A DNA stretch of 64,000 bases, taken from Utricularia gibba (Eukaryota > Plantae > Magnoliophyta). The notes beneath the pieces were generated by a model that was not told the origin of the DNA, ran no database searches, and saw only the letters and a program-made list of their open reading frames with translations. Positions within the stretch are counted from its first letter, which is position 1; every line of letters starts with the position of its first letter. Made by a program: the position numbers and the translations under genes. This document shows, in pieces, positions 57,247 through 64,000 of the stretch. The stretch spans positions 2,294,001 through 2,358,000 of the forward strand of contig CM007991.1 in NCBI GenBank assembly GCA_002189035.1. Direction: 5' to 3'.

Positions 57247-57630
57247 TTTTCTTCCTCTTAATCTAAGTTAAGTTAGCGTGATTTCTAAGTGAAGTGACTG
57301 GCTGTGGATTATAGAGATAGGTTTTAGAGGTAGCTAGGTATCTGACACGAAAGAATACCGAGTAATAAACTCCCCCATCTTCTGTTTATGCCCAACTGTT
57401 GTAATAACTTACTGCTGACATCCTGATGTCTGCAATTTTTGCTGTGTTTTTTACTGCGGTGATATATAAAGAAGAGAATCTGTAGAGAACCATATCAGGA
57501 ACAGCAAACTTGGTACAAACCAAATAGCACATTCAACAAGCCCACACAAAAGCCATCATCATTCATCCCAAGCCTTTACATTAAAACAGATATGAATATA
57601 TGAAACCATACCAAGCATAATGTTTACTGA

Positions 57631-59128
57631 TCAGGCAGAAGGATTCTCAGAGTTCTCTTTGTTTTCTAGGACTGCTCCTTCTGGCTTAGAGTTCACAGTT
57701 TCTGCAAGATTCAGTTTGAAAATGAAAAAAAGACTTTTAGAAAACGAGAAAAGGCTGAAGAAGCTTCGGTCACCTTTTATGCCAACAGATTTCTTTCCTT
57801 GCTTTTTTATGTTGCCCTTATTATGATCTCCCTCTTGCCTGGGCAGCTTCTTCTGGGGCTTCGTTGCTGCAGAAGGCTCTTTTTCGGAATTTGCAGCTGC
57901 GGATTTCTTGGGCGCTGATCTTCTGCTTTTTCTAATAGAATCATCCTCGTGAGTAGCCATGTTTTTTGCATTTTCTGATTGGTTGGCTTCATCCACTGTA
58001 GCACTTGATGGCTCTAGCTTCGGCTTCTCCTGTGGAACACTTGAAGAGGAGTCGCTAACAGCGTCAGCATCAGTTGATGCCTCCTCATAGGTTGCAGGAT
58101 GGGATTCAGAGACCGTCACTGAGGCTTGTGGTGGCTGAATGCTTTCGCTGATGATCCCATACATTTCAAACAAAGATTTAGTCGTTTCTTCAAACCCGGC
58201 AAGATCGTGGAGACGTTGGTATGACTTCAATTCCTCGGCCATTCTCTGTATAGGCTGCAAGGGAATCATCACATTAGAATTTCTAAAATACCAAATTCAA
58301 AGCAAAGTCTGCCTTATACCTCACATCCAGCCTCAAAAGCCAACTTGAAGAAGCCAAGAGAGATGGAGTGTTTAGCAGCAGATTCAGAGAGCCTGATCTG
58401 TGATAACCAATAAGATGCGGATGTTATCACCCCGTGACCTCTCCCAGTCAAAACAACCGAATAAGGCGTAGCACTTTTCCTCAGACTAGCAGCAGACGTT
58501 CTTCTAGCCTCAGAAACCGGAGTGACACTACCAGTCGATTTCTGAGCAGGACTAGCGATTGACTTCCCGGTAACAGAGAGTCGTCTCGGGGGCTTGTTCA
58601 GTAACTTCTCCTTGCCGGAAACATCAAGAACATTCATACTCTTACTCACGCTAGATTCATTTTTTCCCCTGAAAATATTGGCAGCATAAACTCAACGATT
58701 CACGAGCAGAGTTTTTCCTATTTTCGCTTGAACATAGAAATAAAAAACAGAAACAACCCTACAATTACTCACTTTACGTAGCATCAAGCACAAAAAGCGG
58801 AAAAAAAAAACGAGAAACCTCCACAATTCATAATGTAAACGCAGACCTTCTTATAACCGAGCCTGGATTAGAGACGTCCGGCGCCGGCGGCTTCTCTTCC
58901 CTTGACTTGATTGCAGATCTGAGTGGGTAACGCAGAAGCCTCGAGGTTTGCCTAGCTGGTAACATAATCAAATGCATAAAAAACGACCGCGAATTTCACA
59001 TATGAAATACAATTCTCTTCGATAGCAACTCCGATTTCAACAATAAAACCGAATCATCACCTTCCTCGAGCAAAATCAGACTACTGGATCATACCTGTGG
59101 ACGGATCTTTTCCGGCAGAAGCATCCAT
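57631..59128 (-). CDS. Conserved uncharacterised plant protein (basic, low-complexity)
   Basis: MDASAGKDP|...KPPRRLSVTGK...GSVTPVSEAR...SASYWLSQIRLSESAAKHSISLGFFKLAFEAGCE|PIQRMAEELKSY; consistent GT-AG exons. Confidence 0.8.
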
Positions 59129-59210
59129 TTCGCAAAGACTCTCCCGATCGAAGGCAAACGCTCTGCAGCCCGAAACGAGAAAACCAGTGCGAAATGCAAT
59201 GCCCTATTCC

Positions 59211-59237
59211 TATTTATAGAGCTTCATGGGCGGGAAA
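59211..59237 (-). promoter_or_regulatory. TATA box plus canonical E2F site
   Basis: Minus-strand CTATAAATAGG at about 59210-59220 and TTTCCCGCC at 59229-59237, about 100 bp upstream of ATG 59128. Confidence 0.6.
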
Positions 59238-59604
59238 AAAAACTGCCTACCTCGTAAAGCCCGCTCACGCTCCCCACTTTAAATTTCAAATTTAAATTAC
59301 GCGTCCAGGTGGTTAGTTATCCTAACTACATCTTAAAATATAACTAATTATTAATAATATATAGTAATAATATTGACATAATTATTAATACAAAAAATGT
59401 TTTTTTTTTATTTCAGTCTGCCTGGATGTGCCACGTTGCATATATTTGTGATTGCACAAGGAAAGTGAATCTTTTTATATGACATAGTTTTGGAAACAAA
59501 TCTACCCCAACTGCCTATAAAGTGGGACCTCGTCATCTGATCCCAAGTTGTTCATGCAGTTCCCGCCTGTTCTCATTGCTTCTTGCCCGTGTGCTCCTGC
59601 CACC

Positions 59605-60892
59605 ATGACGATCAAGCGCAAGGCGGCACCGGAGGATGGCGCCGGAATATCGAAGAGGACGCGGGCGGAGATGGACGTTGCAGAAAGGGAGCGTTGCGGG
59701 AAGGTGCTGGAGGAGTTGATGAATCATCCCAAGGCTATGGTTTTCTGCAAGCCCTTTGATAGTTTACCGCTTTCGATGGATCTCGGAAAAGTTAAGCGCC
59801 GTCTGGAGAGTGGCTGGTACGTGAAGGCGGATGAGTTCACCGGGGATATTCGTCTCACTTTCGCGAATGGGATTCTGTACAATCGCCCTGGAAACAAGAT
59901 TCACATGTTTGCTAGAGAACTCAAGGAGTTCTTCGTAGGAATGTGGGATTCAGGGAATCCAGCGACGCCCCGGACTCTGGAAAAGATCATCGATAAGGGT
60001 AATGAACGATCTTCGTCATGATATCGTTTATCGAACACGGTGTCTGATACGTTCCTTTGGACTTGAAGGCACGCCCGGCAGTTCCACGGAGTCGGACGTC
60101 ACGACGGTCGGATCCAATGGTTCCACCAGTCCGGCGACTCGCAATACGCAAAGGCTCCTGATGCTGACAGTCATGTTGAGAAGCCGCCTTCTTCCACTAA
60201 AGATGTCGTTCTGGGTAACTCCCTTCGTTGTCATTTCGATTTCGGTCTCATTGTCTATCATAGTCGACTTATCCCGATCCCGATTCCTTGTGGTATAGAC
60301 TTCCTGCCAGAAACGAAAGCTTGGAAACAGACCCAACGCGCCATAGACATGAAGAAACGATTCCATGACATCATCTTCAAGTCTACCCATCAATCCGTGG
60401 AGGATAGGGTGAGTAGACATCGAGTCCGCCGAGTTATCTGAATGAAATTCACACCCCTATTACTTTTACTGATTTCTGTGTAGGTCAAGGAGAGCCACCC
60501 TGCGGAGAGGTTCCAAGAAAGACAGAGGTACGAGAAAGAGCTACAAAAAGGTGGGACAGAGAAGATTTATTGTGCCCTGTTCGCATAATAACAACAGCAA
60601 TAATATACTTATTGTATACAGAGAAACGGGATTTCGAAGCTGAAATCAAAGCGGCGGAAGATCAGCTGAAAGATCTGGGTGAGAGGATCGAGGAACAGCG
60701 AGTCAGGGAAAGGGAAGCACTCGAAAAGGTAAGTTATGGTTAACAGCAGAGCAGAGTAGCAATCTTGATCTGATATCCGTGAATTAATAATACATTACTC
60801 TACAGATGAATCCAACCGTGTCCTTAGATAACTCGAGCGCCATGGAGGACATGAAGATGCTCTGTGGTTGGCCGACCTCTAGGAGATGGTGA
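59605..60892 (+). CDS. GTE12: Divergent GTE (GTE12-like) bromodomain protein; probable 1-nt frameshift at about 60131
   Basis: TATA at 59516; GCCACCATG. Bromodomain CGKVLEELMNHPKAMVFCKP..MDLGKVKRRLE..EFTGDIRLTFANGILYNRPGNKIH; later exons DMKKRFHDIIFK|...EKRDFEAEIKAAE...REREALEK|MNPTVSLDN..EDMKMLC match the GTE8/12 C-terminal pattern. Confidence 0.72.
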
Positions 60893-61615
60893 TGCAAACC
60901 TTGCTCCGTTGTTGAATGCCCCTGTTGAAGCTTCTGGACGATACTAGAACCCCAAACTGTAGCCTGATTTCAGAATAGTTTTTCTTTTTCCTTGTATGAA
61001 AGAAAAAAAGGTCAAATTTTGGATCAAATTGTCTTTTAGAATATTCGAAATTTTAATGAAATGTACAACAGCTGACTAATGTGAAGATCACTGTGGACCT
61101 GCTGTTGGAGGAAAGTTACTTGTAGTTTTAGAAGTTAAGGGCTGTAAAAATACTGTGTCAAACCCCGGAGCTCAGAAACTCTTCCCATGGCATTGGCCAT
61201 CAACTAGAAAGGATGCCTATCAGAAAGGCAAAGAAATTGTTGCAACCAACCAGCAGCTGGGCTGAGCATGATCTCACTGAGCAGCAGTCCCTGGTTCAAT
61301 TTAGATATTCAACCAGGAGGTCTGGTTTGTTCAACACCAGCAGGAGAGCTGTACCATGTATGCATGCGCTACAACGATTCACACAGTGATTCTATGCTGC
61401 TTACCAAGGGGGAGGGGTTTCTACTTTCAGAAAGCCGAATCTCAAAGTACTGCCGCAAAGAACAATTCCAACAGCAACTACAGAAATAATAATAAAAAAA
61501 TGCCGGTGGAGATTTGAGAGTAAAATGGCCTAAAATGGTATGAGTTATCTATAAACTCCTTGAAAAAGCAAAAACATCCCCCAAAATGATGCAAACTTAG
61601 GAGCAAGATCAGCTA

Positions 61616-63670
61616 TCATTCTTCTCCATCATCGTTTTCAGACTCATCATTGTCTGGTTCCTGCAGGCAAATAAATACTTGAGATGTCAAACAAATGTAC
61701 GTAATAGCACACTTGTTAATCAGCACATTCCATCGATGAATATATAGTATTGAGAGGATTGTCTATTCAGACGGCGTACAGATCTTTCAAAGACTAGAAG
61801 CAAAATGAACCAAAAGAGGGGAAGTCAGTTTGTAACTAGTGGTTCTTACTTCTTCATCATCATCCTCTGATTCAGGGTCCTCCTCATCGACTCCCTAAAG
61901 CCGGAAAATTTTTATAAAGAGTAGTAAGGTATCAGTCGAAAATTAAAAAAAAAAGCGTAAATATAAAGTGTAGGTAGGACAAGAGAAAAGGAAAAGGATA
62001 TGCACATTGTTAAAGTAAGCAAGAGGATTTGGCCACAAATCGTCCTTGATTATGTCAGCCACCTGATACCAGAAATAATAAAAAAAGCGACATGTTGGTC
62101 ATTAAATGAACCATAACTAAGAACAGATTTGACGTGGAATTTACCTCATCATGAATTTCATACATCACTTCATTATGCTCAGATTCACTAAACCAGGCAA
62201 AGAAGCTGCATTTGGACAAAAGGAAATGCAACTTAACAAAGAAACGGATCAATCGAACTAAAGCTGAAAAAAACAAATGAAAAAGGTCTGCATTATAAAT
62301 CTTTAATCCACATCTACGGAATGAACATTTATACAATCTGGTATACGGGAAACTATCAATAATATATTGTGGAAGAATTTGAGGATTATATCTAGATTTT
62401 AGATAAAACCCTTAAGGCATAATATGGAGGCGAGTAAGTCAAAACATGAAGAAAGGAAGAGAACTGTGAAAAATGAAGGAACACCTTTCCTCTGTATGTG
62501 AGCGTTTTTTTCCTTTCTTCTCTTCAGGAACTCCATCCGGAATACCCTTCAAAGGTCAGGCATGGCTTGAATCAGAAAAAATAAACTGAAAGCTAGCATC
62601 AAGGCAATAGGATATTGAAAAAGCTTACCATTCCATCTTTCCATTTCACCAGTGTAGCGGTAATCTTTGTTAACCCATCCTCGGAGAATGAGAAGGTCTT
62701 GGTCAGCTTTGTATCTTCGAAATATGGGTTCGGGCTGAACGTCTGAGGTAAAATAGAGAAAGCGGTTTTAGTAGCTTGAAATCAGCATGCATAAAATGAA
62801 GATAGCATGCATGGGAAGAGAGGAAAAATGAGGGCTCACAAATGAGATAGAGTAACCGGACTTCACATCCTTGCAATCATCTACTTCAAGATTGGTCAGA
62901 TACTTGAAAATCTACGATAAAAGATCCAAGGAAGTTATGACAATCTTAACACGATATAAGGAACAAAACCATTAAGAGTAATAGATGATTTTTGAGACCT
63001 TTTGGTCTTCTGCTGTCAAAAGATCACAGAGAGCCGGATGATTGATAAACTGCAAAAGCAGAGAATATCTTAGTTAGAAGAAGCTCCAGACCAAAACTGG
63101 TGTAAAAGAGCACTCTTTACACCGGCACTACGCTTCACAAACAACACCAATCTTTGCAAACAGTACACATGAGAATCACTAACAGCAGTGAGCCAAAAAG
63201 CAGGAATGGATTTGATGACTTCATTCCTCTTATCATAAACAGGCTTCCGTATCTCATTGTACTTCTGCTCCACCTCCAAGACCTTTTCACTCGCCTCTTC
63301 ATTAACCTGAAAGAAAAAAAAAAAAAGAACATATTTCTCCTATTGACATGTACCAGAACGTGGGAAATCATGGAATGCATTTTCATGTACGTTAACATGG
63401 AAATGTAGATAAACCCATCAACCCCACCATCCAAAGATTTGATTTTGACGTCAGTTTATTTCGAAATAGGGAAAATTCGATACGGAATCGAGATGGGGGC
63501 AGAAAAAAAAAAAAAAAAAGCGGATTTAGTACCTTTTCAAGGTCGTCTTGAATATCCTGAAGCCTTTCAACAGAGAGAAGGAGCTCAGTGTCGATTAAGT
63601 CGGCCGCATCATCACCACTGTCCAGTTCCGCTTCCGCAGATTTGAGTTTCTTCCCTTTGTCTGCCCCCAT
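61616..63670 (-). CDS. NRP1: NAP1-related protein (NRP/SET histone chaperone)
   Basis: [10 protein letters not shown]...[17 protein letters not shown]|[41 protein letters not shown]|[11 protein letters not shown]...|[17 protein letters not shown]...[11 protein letters not shown]; acidic tail. Confidence 0.94.
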
Positions 63671-64000
63671 GTTTCCCTGCAAGCCAAGAACCCTCACCTT
63701 GCCTTAGACCCTGAAAAAACCCCCGGCCCTTGTAAATCTATCACACCCACTGCCCTCCGTTTCAATACGGACTCCGTAATTTATAGTAAATTCCACAGTC
63801 CAGATTTCTGAAATCCGGAGACAGGGAAAAGAAGAAGGATTACAAGAATCTGCCTCCTTTTTTTCATTTCGTTTAAGACATCCTACCTAATCGTACATAC
63901 CGAAACCACCAAATACGATGATGTCCCTAACTTCTACATTTGTTATTTTAATCATATACCGTATAAAAAAGGTACGTGTAAATATGATGTGGGCGATGAT

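Noticed and set aside
61268-61489. 73-aa ORF between GTE and NRP
   Set aside because: No motif; it most likely lies antisense within the NRP 3'UTR region.

Overview
Plant (eudicot) nuclear genomic DNA with very high gene density. I can identify about 21 intron-containing or single-exon protein-coding genes, one decayed pseudogene and three unexplained gene-like loci in 64 kb. Most introns are about 70-170 nt and many stop-to-start gaps are only a few hundred bp. That compactness suggests a minimal plant genome such as Lentibulariaceae (inference only). Order: PANK2 (partial, -), unexplained spliced locus (+), AAA ATPase (-), PEX14 (-), SIS3 RING E3 (-), ATL RING-H2 (+), UGT90-like with a 1-nt frameshift (+), AT-rich MITE-like remnants, DSS1/SEM1 (-), DEG9 (-), KONJAC-like GMPP (+), PDX3 (+), DEL/E2F (-), MyoB (-), 1R-MYB (-), MRS2 pseudogene (-), type-A ARR (-), unexplained locus (+), dynein light chain (-), LRR-RLK (+), FUS3 (+), unexplained locus, WRKY IIb (+), conserved unknown gene (-), divergent GTE bromodomain gene (+), NRP (-). 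I saw no rRNA, tRNA, CRISPR array or intact transposase. The most unusual signals are a 60-bp three-template mosaic insertion in the last DEG9 intron, a PDX3 transit-peptide-like ORF cut off from the mature frame, a bromodomain with a ZA-loop deletion, the MRS2 pseudogene, candidate U12 introns and a structured intron in an ORF-poor transcript. All family assignments come from manual translation and recalled motifs; no database search was run. Gene coordinates are CDS spans including introns.
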